Shown: positions 1-8,882 of the stretch, in pieces
Layout of the letters: every line of letters begins with the position of its first letter
How positions within the stretch are numbered: the first letter of the stretch is position 1
Virus record (IMG/VR): IMGVR_UViG_3300036779_000039
Span: 1 to 27,807 of that record
Strand: one strand, 5' to 3'
DNA length: 27,807 nucleotides
Origin: a virus
Taxonomy: Duplodnaviria; Caudoviricetes
Notes under the pieces: model-generated
Databases searched by the model: none
Seen by the model: the letters and a program-made list of their open reading frames with translations, nothing else
Told to the model about the DNA's origin: nothing
Program-made: the position numbers and the translations under genes

Positions 1-2
1 AC

Positions 3-3000
3 GGTGTCGCCCGCGATCCTGACCACTGCATCGCGTAGCTTGGCCACCATCGGGCGGAGCGCCTTGGGGTAGGCGTTCAAGTCGAAGTGCCTCTCGATGA
101 TTGCCCTCGCCGTGGTGGTGCCTCGCACCGGCAGATTAACCATCTCACTGCCGTGCTTGTACTTGATGGTGCGCGGTTCTTGCTCGGGTTCACCCCATTT
201 GTTTCTGGCTGGGGCTTCGTCCTCCAGCACGTCGCTGCGTGTATCTTTATCACTCTTAGGAGTGATGGTGCGGCGCTTCAACGTGACGGTTTCGACAGGG
301 CGCTTAAACTCAGCCGCCGCCTTGGGAACCTCGCGCTCTTCCTCGTCTTCCTCACGCTCAGCTTTGGGCGCTTCCCGTTCGCGCGGAGCTTCCTGCGCTC
401 TGGCTTCCTGCTCCGCCAGTTTCGCGCGGGCGCGCTCGCTCGCCTCCTGCGCCCGGCGCTCGTTCTCGGTGAGCTTTCTTTCTTCGCCCGGCTCCTTGGC
501 GACCTTCTCCGCTTCGATGTTCTCTTTGGCTTGCTCCAGTGCTTCGACGTGCTTTTGCTCAATGTCGCCAAGCCCGCCCTCGGTTTCCTTCGCCGCCGCT
601 GAGCCCTCGATGTCCTCGACGGCTTTCTCTTTCGCTTCGCCCTTCGCCGCAGCGAACTCTTTCCCTTGGGCTCGGCGCTCTTTCAGCACGTCGGCCTTTG
701 CCGCTTCGCCCTTGAGGAGTTCCTTCTCGCGCTCCAAGAACCTTTTGAAGTCAGAAGTTTTCGGAACTTTCAAGTCAGCAAGGCGTTTAGCTTCGTGAAG
801 TAACACCGCACTCGCAGAGTGAGCCAACTCCGGATCTTTGCGGTCCCGAAGTTTGTCCATAAATTTAAAACCACGCGGGTCAGCCGTGGCCTGCATGACC
901 ATCTTCTTAACGCGATCCAACACTTGGGTGCGAGCGCCTGCGCCGCCCGATCCCCTTGCCGGGTCAGGCGCTTTCTCGTCGCCATCGCGAGGAAGATTAT
1001 TCCGCACCACGTCGTCGGCGACCGCGTTGGACGCCCGCATCGCGGCTTTGTCAGCTTCGCTTTTCTTGCCGGGTTGTTGTTGCTCGGGCTCTTTTGTTTC
1101 CGTCTTCACCCGCCCCGATTTGGTGCGCGACACTTCGGCGACTTGCGCGACGGCTTTGTCTTGCGCCACACGCTGGGCTTCTTGGGCGGCGCGCTCTTCC
1201 TCGGTGTCAGCGCGAAGGGTTCTGCGCTGGCGTTGTTGCTCGGCGGCGGCTTCCAACTCGGGCGTCCACGCGGTGCGCCCGGCAGTGAGATCGACTTTTT
1301 CAGTGGTCGGTGCGTTGTTCTCCACGGAGTTTTGTATCTCGTGGGCGCGCTCGTACAACCCCGTGGAGGGATGGCCGTTGGCCCGCATGTCGTCCACTAT
1401 CGCCTGCCGGGCGTCAGGAGCAAGTTTACTAAACTCGCCCATCTTGAGTGGCGCAGGGGGCGGCGCAGGAGCCTCTACAACCTGTGATTGTACAGGAGGG
1501 GTTTGTTCTGCTGTGGGTTGTGCAAACTCTCCGCGCTCGGCGGCGTCCATCTCGGCCTTGCGCGCCGCAATGTCCGCCTGCACCTTAGCGAGGTCAGGGG
1601 CGGCTTCCGCCGCAGCCGCTGGCGCTGCCGTCTCAGGCGGGCGTTCCGGGGCTGCGGCGGGGCTTCCTGCCACGGAGGGAGTGTCGGTGGCCTTGGGGCC
1701 GACGATCTGGTCGAGGGTGCCGTCCTTGGCGGCTTTGTCGATTGCGCCCTTGGTGATCTTGTAGTCGCCAACCTGCTTACGGTACTGGACGATCCGCCCG
1801 TCGTCCAGCGCCGTCTGCCCGAAATTGCCCTTTTTCTCAGTGATCTCAATGGGTTGCATGCCCAACGGGTAGACCATGGCGGCGCGCGGGTTCTCGGGAT
1901 CAAGCAGCGCGGCGTGTTCCGTCTGGGCGCGGGCGATGTCGTCCGCTGATGGCGGAGCAGGCGTGGCCGCTGGCTGGGTTTTGGGGGGTGGCTGGGGGGG
2001 TGGTGGCGGCTGGGTTGTATCGCCGGCTGGCGGGGCCTCTGCGGCCCTCTGTGCAGGGGGTGCAGTGGTTGTAGCAACTCCCGGTTGTTGATCTACAGGT
2101 TGATCTTGTGTTTTAACTCCCGGAGTGATGGGTTTGCCCGCCAGCGCGGCGTCTTGAGCGGGGTCCACTTTGGCCGCTGGCTGAGCGGGGCCGGTGCCTC
2201 CTGTACTCGTAGCAGAAGTCGAGGCGCGCGGCTTCGCCTCGGTCACTTCTTGCTCGGGCGTGCGTCGTCCGACAGTGCTCTCGCCGGGCGTTTGGGTATG
2301 GGCTTGGTTGGCGGGGAGATCCTCGGCTACCGAAGGCGGCTTTTCCCGTGCGGGTGCGCCGTGCGCGCCGTGCCACAACCCAAAGGGCGCGCCGAACTCG
2401 GCTTGCTCTACGCCTTGGCTGACGATGGCGCTGGGATCGTAGTCTTTGCGTGCGCCACCCCTAATTTCTTCGCGCTCAGTGAGCGCTTCTTGGCCTACCG
2501 CCTGACCGCCGAATATGCCCCCCGTGATGCCGCCGCTTAATATTCGGCTCACTATGGGGCCAGTGGCGATCTTGCCAGCGATTGCGCCCCCCGGAATAAC
2601 GCCAGCGAGGAACCCTCCCGCCATCACTGCGTCCAGCGTCTCAGGGGTAGGCGTGATCCCTTGCTCGACCAGCCGGTTGTACGCCTCGCCGCGCGACATG
2701 CCAGCCATCACCGCGCCCACTCCGGCAGGTCCAGCCGCCGCACCTGCGCCGACCAGCGCGCCCATGCCCGGTGCTTGCCCTGCCGCCCACACCAACGGGC
2801 GACTGATCCCGGCTTCGCTCACTCCGGGAGTGATCTGCGCCTGTTCGCCCTGCGCTGCTTTCTCTTGAGCTTGGGTGCGCGCCTCCCACTCGGCTTGTTT
2901 CACCGGATCGGACTGAAAACTGGCGATGGCCCCGGTGGTTTGCGCTATCGCGCCACGCACCGCGCCCGCGCCTGAGTGATAAACGTCGCTCCATGTCGCC

Positions 3001-3197
3001 GAGGGCGTCGGCAGGCCAGCCGTGCCCGACCACTTGCTCGGCTCCATCGCGGCAGGAGAACCAAAATAATCGATATCGGGGGTTGCGTCACTCTCAGAGT
3101 GAACGCTGGGAGCAACACTGGGAGCAACACTAGGGGGAGGGAGCGCAGGAGGAGGCTGCGCCCCGCCGAAATAATCAATGTCCGGATCGTCGGCCAT
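3..3197 (-). CDS. Large internal virion/ejection protein, 3' end beyond the window (>1060 aa); absent from the ORF track
   Basis: ATG at 3197 lies 9 nt after the stop of the 1884-aa gene. My manual translation (MADDPDIDYFGGAQPPPALPPP...AKLRDAVVRIAGDT) stays open to the window edge. It has a Gly/Ala-rich hydrophobic segment, a Pro-rich linker and a Glu/Lys/Ala coiled-coil region. Function is inferred from position after the other internal virion genes. Confidence 0.8.
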   Translation of the reverse strand, partial: MADDPDIDYFGGAQPPPALPPPSVAPSVAPSVHSESDATPDIDYFGSPAAMEPSKWSGTAGLPTPSATWSDVYHSGAGAVRGAIAQTTGAIASFQSDPVKQAEWEARTQAQEKAAQGEQAQITPGVSEAGISRPLVWAAGQAPGMGALVGAGAAAGPAGVGAVMAGMSRGEAYNRLVEQGITPTPETLDAVMAGGFLAGVIPGGAIAGKIATGPIVSRILSGGITGGIFGGQAVGQEALTEREEIRGGARKDYDPSAIVSQGVEQAEFGAPFGLWHGAHGAPAREKPPSVAEDLPANQAHTQTPGESTVGRRTPEQEVTEAKPRASTSATSTGGTGPAQPAAKVDPAQDAALAGKPITPGVKTQDQPVDQQPGVATTTAPPAQRAAEAPPAGDTTQPPPPPQPPPKTQPAATPAPPSADDIARAQTEHAALLDPENPRAAMVYPLGMQPIEITEKKGNFGQTALDDGRIVQYRKQVGDYKITKGAIDKAAKDGTLDQIVGPKATDTPSVAGSPAAAPERPPETAAPAAAAEAAPDLAKVQADIAARKAEMDAAERGEFAQPTAEQTPPVQSQVVEAPAPPPAPLKMGEFSKLAPDARQAIVDDMRANGHPSTGLYERAHEIQNSVENNAPTTEKVDLTAGRTAWTPELEAAAEQQRQRRTLRADTEEERAAQEAQRVAQDKAVAQVAEVSRTKSGRVKTETKEPEQQQPGKKSEADKAAMRASNAVADDVVRNNLPRDGDEKAPDPARGSGGAGARTQVLDRVKKMVMQATADPRGFKFMDKLRDRKDPELAHSASAVLLHEAKRLADLKVPKTSDFKRFLEREKELLKGEAAKADVLKERRAQGKEFAAAKGEAKEKAVEDIEGSAAAKETEGGLGDIEQKHVEALEQAKENIEAEKVAKEPGEERKLTENERRAQEASERARAKLAEQEARAQEAPREREAPKAEREEDEEEREVPKAAAEFKRPVETVTLKRRTITPKSDKDTRSDVLEDEAPARNKWGEPEQEPRTIKYKHGSEMVNLPVRGTTTARAIIERHFDLNAYPKALRPMVAKLRDAVVRIAGDT

Positions 3198-3206
3198 TAG
3201 AACTTA

Positions 3207-6200
3207 CTAGGGCGCTGGAGCGATTGCAGGGTGAGTGCGCTTATACCATCCCGGCCCGCCAACATCCTGCGGCGTCGTTGTAGGTACGCTGGAAGCGCGC
3301 ACCGTCGAGGGCCGCATCTCAGGAGTAGGCGCGTTGGCGATGGCGGCTTTCGTTTCGGCGGCGTAGGCGTTCTTGGTATTGAGCGCCTTGAGGTTCTGGT
3401 ACATCGGCTCCGGCACCGAGAAAGTGCTTGCGTAACCGTTGTCGTCCCTCACCGTGACGTTGCGCACGCCAGTACGTCTATCGAGCACCCCCGCCCCCGG
3501 CTTGCCGCTAGCGAACAGCATGACGCCGCGCGCCACGTCCTCTTTTCTCGTTAGGGGTGAGTTCATGAACCCGGCGTGCCACGCCTCCTGCAACATCTGT
3601 TGGGTGCCGGGGTCGAACCCAGCCGCCACCAGCGCCGTCCCGGCTTGGTCGCCAGTTAGATCGGGTTGCTTGGCGGCATCCCGCAGGAAAGATTGCGCCA
3701 GCGCCACACGCGGGTCTACCGTGCCCAGTTCATCGAGCGCTTCCTTGGGATTGCGCGTCTCAGCCCGCTTGAGCTTGTCGGTGTAGTCGTCAAGGGTTTC
3801 CTTGTCGGTCACCCCCTGTTGTTCTTGGCGCTTGTGTTCCTCGACTTCGTTGCGTTGCCGTAGAGCCGCCGCAGCGATTTCATTCTGGCTGCGCGTCCCC
3901 GCCGCCGTATCGCTGTGCGTTTGTACCTGCGCCGCGCGCCGCGAGGCAATGTCGGTAGCGATATCTTTTTGCATGCCCGAGATCATCGTGGTCATCGCTT
4001 GGGTGTTTCGTGTCTCCGCGTCGGTATATCGCTTCCATCGTTCGTTGTACGCCGCTTGCACCTGCGGCGCGTAACTCTTGAGAGTGACCTGATCGATCAC
4101 CTCGGGCTTGTGCAGGGGACGCCCGCCCTCAATGGGGCGGCCATCGCTAGTGAAAAATAGCGGTCTGACTTGCGCGGGCACGCTCTGGTAGGCGACGTTA
4201 TGCTCAAGATCCACGTCTTGATCTTGCGGCGTACGTACGTCCGCTGCCGTAGCAGTGCCCGTGGGTGCGGGCGGTATGCCATGCAGGCCCGCGCCGGGTA
4301 TCGGCGGCGCGTTGCTGTCCGCCGTCGTGGTATCGGGCGACTTAGCGGGAGATGGCGCTGTCCCCTCCGGTCCTTGCGGTTGAGTGCTGATCGGGATCGC
4401 CCCGCCAGTCGGCCCCGGCAGCGCGCCGGGCGGCGTAACCGGCGCAGTGGGCGGCGCAGTGTCAGGCTCGTCGTATTCTGGGCCGAACCCAGCAATCGCT
4501 TTGTTGGCGTCGTCCTGCGCTTTTTGGTCGGCTGCGGTCTTCTGCCGGGCGGTCACGCTGGCGCTACGCTGTTTCGCCATACGGGCGAAGCCGCTGTCGT
4601 ATTTGGCGGCTTGATCCTCGTAGGAAGTCCACTGGGTCGAGCCGTTGCGCATCCCCTCTAGATGACCCAACAGAGCATAGGGAGCGGCGATCTGTTGCCA
4701 CATCTGCCGCCCGTTGAGGTCACTGCCATCGATCTTAACGTTGCCATCCGGCAAGAGGGTCGCGTGGATGTTGCGCCCATCGGTCAGCGCATCAGCCGCT
4801 TGGTTGATCTCGTCCACCGCTTCCTTGGTATGGCCGTCATACAACAGTTTGGCGGCAGCTTCGGAATGTTCCTGCGACGCAAGCTGATCGTAGTGCAGGA
4901 TGCTCGCCATCATCTTGTTGGCGTCTTCGACCCGGCCTTGGCCGACCAACGTTTTATAGGCGAACTCCATTCCGGCCATATGCCTGAAAGTTGGAGCCAA
5001 CTCATGCGTCGGATCGGCCATATCGTCAATCTGTTCGCGCTGGTTCTGATCCATTTTCGGCGTGCCGTCAGGCAGATTGCCCTGCACAAAGTTCTGTCGC
5101 CCGGTTTGTGTCTGCGGATCTTGCGCAATCGCCCCCGGCAGGGTGCCCGCTTGCGCCGGAGTGCCAAGCCCGAGATGCTCGCCCAACCAGTGCAACCCCC
5201 CAGTCAGCGCGGCAATGAACCCGCGCGACGGGTTGCCATCGTCGTCCTTGATCTGCGCCGTGTTTGGCGGCAGGCCGGGCGGTGGCCCACTCTGCACCGA
5301 AGCGCCTCCGCCACCTCCACCCCCTCCACCACCCTGTGTTGGTTGTGCCCCAGTGTCCTCGCCGTAATAACCAGTGAAATCCGGCAGGCCCCCCTCTTGC
5401 CTGACCGGCGCTGGCGCTCCTCCGGGGGGCTGACCACTGTAAAAGAGCGCGTCGTCACTATGATCCTCACCTCCGCTATCCATCATGTCGGTCATTTGCA
5501 TTTGCTGCACGTCGGCGTCATCGACGCCGCCGCCATCGGCGAACCGCACCACGCCCCCCTTCAGCATGGGAAGCGAAGGGATCGCGCCAGCGACGTAAGT
5601 TGGGGCGCTGGTCGCCGACACGCCCTTGCCTACGGGTGCGCCCGCGCCCGCATAGGTCGCCGGATTGAAATAAATCGGCGGGATCTGCTGCTGCCCCCCA
5701 CCACTAGAAAGACCGGGCGGCATCCCGGCAATGGAGGGACTAACCCCGCCGCCGTCGTCGTATCTCATCCGTCTCGTCACTCTGGGAGTGATTGGGCCAC
5801 CCTTGCGCGAGCCGGAGATCGTGTTGTTCTGGGTTTGCAGCGTGTCGTCGGTGCCTACGCTGTAGTTGGTGCCGCCCGTGCTTGACGTATTGGTGAACCC
5901 TGCGCCAGTCGTCGCGTCCACGTTCGGGTCATAGCTCTTGGCAGTGACGGTGTTGGGCACCCCCGGCGTGCCAGTCGTTGTCGTGCTGGTCGGATCGATG
6001 GTCGTAGTGTTCACCTGCGGCGCGGTGATGTTGCTCACTGAGGGGGCTGGCTCGTTCAGGGGCGTGGGCGCGCTCGGCGCAGTCGGCCAGATGGCGCTCG
6101 GCATCGCCGTCATCTGGTTCCAGTATTGCGACGTGTCCACCGGCCCGGTCGGGCTCTGCCCGCCGCCGCCCCAGTAAGCCGCGTCCTGCTGCGCCGCTGT

Positions 6201-8861
6201 ATATTCCTGCCCCAGCAAACCTTGAGTGGTGTTCGCCCACGCTTGCTGATTGGGCGCGAGCGCGCTATAGGGCGTGCTTCCGGCCCAGCCGCCTTGCAAC
6301 GTCGGGCCGATATAGTTCGGGCTATCCATATACGCCATGCCGCCCGCCGCGAACTTCATCGTCGGGCGCGAGGGGATACCGCCGCCACGCGCGAAACGTT
6401 GGATGGGTCCGCCCTTGCGCGAGCCGGAAATAATGTTGTTCTTGCTTTGCAGCGTGTCGTCGGTCCCTACGCTGTAGTTCGTCCCTCCTGTGCTGGCAGT
6501 GTTGGCGAACCCAGCCCCGGTGGTGGCGTCCACGTTCGGATCGTAACTCTTGGCGGTGACCGTGTTCGCCACGCCGGGCGTGCCGGTGGTCGTGGTCGAG
6601 GTCGGATCAGTGACCGTCGTGCTGGCGGGATAATTGGTGATGTTCTGCACCGATGGCGGATTGATCACGGGTGCGGGCGTCGGCGCTGCGGCAGCAGGCG
6701 CAGGGGCGGCGGCAGGGGTAGAGCTAGGGTATGCGCCAACAGCACTAAACACCGCGTTTTGCTCAGACGACGGCATGCTGTAGCCTTGCGCAAGCGCAGT
6801 GCTGGCGTTCTGCCACCATTGCTGTTGCGCGGGCGTCATTGACGCCCAATTCGGATTGTTCGGCCCGCCGCCCCCCGGAGCGTCGGCGTTGATCTCATTC
6901 CTAAGAGCGACATATCCGGGGGATGCGCCAGCCCCAGTAAACGTCGGCGCAGAGGCTTGCGGTGCGGGATCGACGCCGGAACCGCCCCCATAGAACGCTG
7001 TTACCGGCTTCGATGGGATTGCCCCGCCACCCGCAAACCTCTGAATGGGTCCGCCCTTGCGTGACCCCATGATCTGCGCCCCCAGCGTAGCGTCATCCAT
7101 GTTCGCAGAGCCAACATCGAAACTTTGATCCTGCGGACGCATGGGTGCAGGCGTCGGCGCGACGTTGACGGCTGGCGCTCTCTGGGAGAGTGGCGGGTTC
7201 GGCCCCCACAAGTGAGAGAGATCAAGCGCTGTCGATACGGGCGGTCCACCGCCGCCCCGCCCACTCGGGTCATTAGCGGGCGCATTGGGACGATAGTCCA
7301 GAGTGGTGAAGCGCGGGTCTTGGCTCACTCTGGGAGTAACCGGCGCGGCTGTCGCTTTGGGTGGAATAGCCGACACCGGCTGAGCGGCTGGCGCAGGCTT
7401 GTCGGCGGCGCTTGGCGCTGGCGTTCCAGTCGGGGCCTCCAAAACATTTCCAGCCCCACCGCCAATAGGCGGCTTTGTTGGTACTAGCGAGCCTGCCAAT
7501 TCCGGCCCGCGCTCTCGCCCTTGCACCGGAGGCAGAGGCGGTTGATCGCCCTCTACCCACGGACGTGCATCCGCCAGTTCCGGTCCACGCTCGCGTCCTT
7601 GCACCGGAGGCAGGGGCGGCTGATCGCTTTCCTGCCACGGACGCCCTGTAGTCGAGCCAGCCAGTTCCGGCCCTTGCTCGCGTCCCTGTACCGGGGGCAG
7701 AGGCGGCTGGTCACCCTCTTGCCATTGACGCGCCCCAGCCAGTTCCGGCCCGCGCTCGCGTCCTTGCACCAGAGGCAGAGGCGGTTGATCGCCCTCTTGC
7801 CATGGGTGCGCCCCTGCCTGTTCCGGCCCACGCTCGATATATCTGTTTCTCGCCGCATCACGAGAAATCTGATTAACTTGTTCTTGCGCTACCCCCGGAT
7901 GCAGAGTATCTTCCGCCGCGACTGACGGCACGGGGGGAATAGCACTGATCGGCGGTCGAACGTCTTTTGGAATTTTCGAGCCGGGAGGCGGCGGGGGAGC
8001 CGCCTCGGGATGCAGTCTGAGAAATTCCCGCAGCCCCGCGTCGTCGTCCATCGACGCGGTTTGCACCTCACCCTTAGTATCGTCGGCCTGCGAGGTCGTA
8101 ACAGGCTTGTCAACGATCTTCCCAGTCGCGTCGGTCGGGTATCGCACCCCTTTCACGGTGACGTATGGCCCCCCGGCAGGAGACATCTCTGTCTTGCCGG
8201 TAGTGACTTTCCCAGTTCCGGCCCCAGTCTCGGTCTTTGGCGCTGCCGCCGTCTCGGTCGGTTTTGCCGCCGCCTTGGCGGCGGCATAGAAGCGCATCCC
8301 ATTGTTGCCGGGGGTGAAGTTCTTCGATGACGGGTCGGTTGACCACGCGCCCCAACCTTGTTGTTTGTAAATTTTATAGGCGGCGTCGAATGCGCCTTGT
8401 GGATCGCGAGCGCTGTTCGCTAGCTCTCTCCCATTCACAGGGTTGATTTGCGTCAGGCCAATCTCGCCAGCCTTGCCGACCGCGCCGGGATTGCCGCCGC
8501 TCTCGGCTTGCGCCAACGCCGCCATGTGCACCGCGTCGTCGCCCTGAAACCCAGCCTTATGGGCCATATCGACCATTTCGGCAAGGGAGACTTTACCCTC
8601 TTTGGGCGTCTCTTGGTTCACATCGCCGCCGCCCCCACCATATCGCCGTTCGCCCTCCTCGATCATACCCGGAATATCAGCGCCCTTGCCCATCCCCCGA
8701 CCGCGATACCAAGCCGCTTTCGCCTCGTCCAGATCGTCCTGCGTCTTCATGTGCGCAGAACGGGCCTGATAATAGTCCGACATCATCTTCATCTTCATCA
8801 CGGCGAGAAGACTGTCGATGAAGCCCTTGCCGAACGCGCCGTAATGCTTGCCCATTGCCAT
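3207..8861 (-). CDS. Internal virion/ejection protein with N-terminal lytic transglycosylase (SLT/lysozyme-like) domain and internal repeats
   Basis: 1884-aa ORF. MAALAQAESGGNPGAVG...GLTQIN...DPQGAFDAAYKIYKQQGWGAWST matches SLT motifs (catalytic E-S, GLxQ, GWxxW). The remainder is Pro/Gly/Thr-rich with repeats. Confidence 0.8.
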   Translation of the reverse strand: MAMGKHYGAFGKGFIDSLLAVMKMKMMSDYYQARSAHMKTQDDLDEAKAAWYRGRGMGKGADIPGMIEEGERRYGGGGGDVNQETPKEGKVSLAEMVDMAHKAGFQGDDAVHMAALAQAESGGNPGAVGKAGEIGLTQINPVNGRELANSARDPQGAFDAAYKIYKQQGWGAWSTDPSSKNFTPGNNGMRFYAAAKAAAKPTETAAAPKTETGAGTGKVTTGKTEMSPAGGPYVTVKGVRYPTDATGKIVDKPVTTSQADDTKGEVQTASMDDDAGLREFLRLHPEAAPPPPPGSKIPKDVRPPISAIPPVPSVAAEDTLHPGVAQEQVNQISRDAARNRYIERGPEQAGAHPWQEGDQPPLPLVQGRERGPELAGARQWQEGDQPPLPPVQGREQGPELAGSTTGRPWQESDQPPLPPVQGRERGPELADARPWVEGDQPPLPPVQGRERGPELAGSLVPTKPPIGGGAGNVLEAPTGTPAPSAADKPAPAAQPVSAIPPKATAAPVTPRVSQDPRFTTLDYRPNAPANDPSGRGGGGPPVSTALDLSHLWGPNPPLSQRAPAVNVAPTPAPMRPQDQSFDVGSANMDDATLGAQIMGSRKGGPIQRFAGGGAIPSKPVTAFYGGGSGVDPAPQASAPTFTGAGASPGYVALRNEINADAPGGGGPNNPNWASMTPAQQQWWQNASTALAQGYSMPSSEQNAVFSAVGAYPSSTPAAAPAPAAAAPTPAPVINPPSVQNITNYPASTTVTDPTSTTTTGTPGVANTVTAKSYDPNVDATTGAGFANTASTGGTNYSVGTDDTLQSKNNIISGSRKGGPIQRFARGGGIPSRPTMKFAAGGMAYMDSPNYIGPTLQGGWAGSTPYSALAPNQQAWANTTQGLLGQEYTAAQQDAAYWGGGGQSPTGPVDTSQYWNQMTAMPSAIWPTAPSAPTPLNEPAPSVSNITAPQVNTTTIDPTSTTTTGTPGVPNTVTAKSYDPNVDATTGAGFTNTSSTGGTNYSVGTDDTLQTQNNTISGSRKGGPITPRVTRRMRYDDGGGVSPSIAGMPPGLSSGGGQQQIPPIYFNPATYAGAGAPVGKGVSATSAPTYVAGAIPSLPMLKGGVVRFADGGGVDDADVQQMQMTDMMDSGGEDHSDDALFYSGQPPGGAPAPVRQEGGLPDFTGYYGEDTGAQPTQGGGGGGGGGGASVQSGPPPGLPPNTAQIKDDDGNPSRGFIAALTGGLHWLGEHLGLGTPAQAGTLPGAIAQDPQTQTGRQNFVQGNLPDGTPKMDQNQREQIDDMADPTHELAPTFRHMAGMEFAYKTLVGQGRVEDANKMMASILHYDQLASQEHSEAAAKLLYDGHTKEAVDEINQAADALTDGRNIHATLLPDGNVKIDGSDLNGRQMWQQIAAPYALLGHLEGMRNGSTQWTSYEDQAAKYDSGFARMAKQRSASVTARQKTAADQKAQDDANKAIAGFGPEYDEPDTAPPTAPVTPPGALPGPTGGAIPISTQPQGPEGTAPSPAKSPDTTTADSNAPPIPGAGLHGIPPAPTGTATAADVRTPQDQDVDLEHNVAYQSVPAQVRPLFFTSDGRPIEGGRPLHKPEVIDQVTLKSYAPQVQAAYNERWKRYTDAETRNTQAMTTMISGMQKDIATDIASRRAAQVQTHSDTAAGTRSQNEIAAAALRQRNEVEEHKRQEQQGVTDKETLDDYTDKLKRAETRNPKEALDELGTVDPRVALAQSFLRDAAKQPDLTGDQAGTALVAAGFDPGTQQMLQEAWHAGFMNSPLTRKEDVARGVMLFASGKPGAGVLDRRTGVRNVTVRDDNGYASTFSVPEPMYQNLKALNTKNAYAAETKAAIANAPTPEMRPSTVRASSVPTTTPQDVGGPGWYKRTHPAIAPAP
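5790..6660 (-). repeat. Intragenic duplication of ~85 aa (copies at ~6402-6660 and ~5790-6048)
   Basis: DPTSTTTTGTPGV(A/P)NTVTAKSYDPNVDATTGAGF(A/T)NT(A/S)STGGTNYSVGTDDTLQ...SGSRKGGPI occurs twice, with mostly synonymous DNA differences. Confidence 0.9.
7490..7835 (-). repeat. Coding tandem repeat, ~4.3 units of 26-29 aa
   Basis: E(R/Q)GPE(L/Q)AG..PWQEGDQPPLPPVQGR is repeated in the translation and is visible in the DNA. Confidence 0.9.
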
Positions 8862-8867
8862 CGGGGT

Positions 8868-8882
8868 TCACTCTCAGAGTTA
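8868..8882. promoter_or_regulatory. Intergenic copy of the palindrome, overlapping a TAA stop and the next SD region
   Basis: TCACTCTCAGAGTTA between the genes at 8880 and 8861. Confidence 0.6.

Noticed and set aside
7490-7835. CRISPR array
   Set aside because: The repeats are contiguous in-frame coding units without unique spacers; no cas genes are present.
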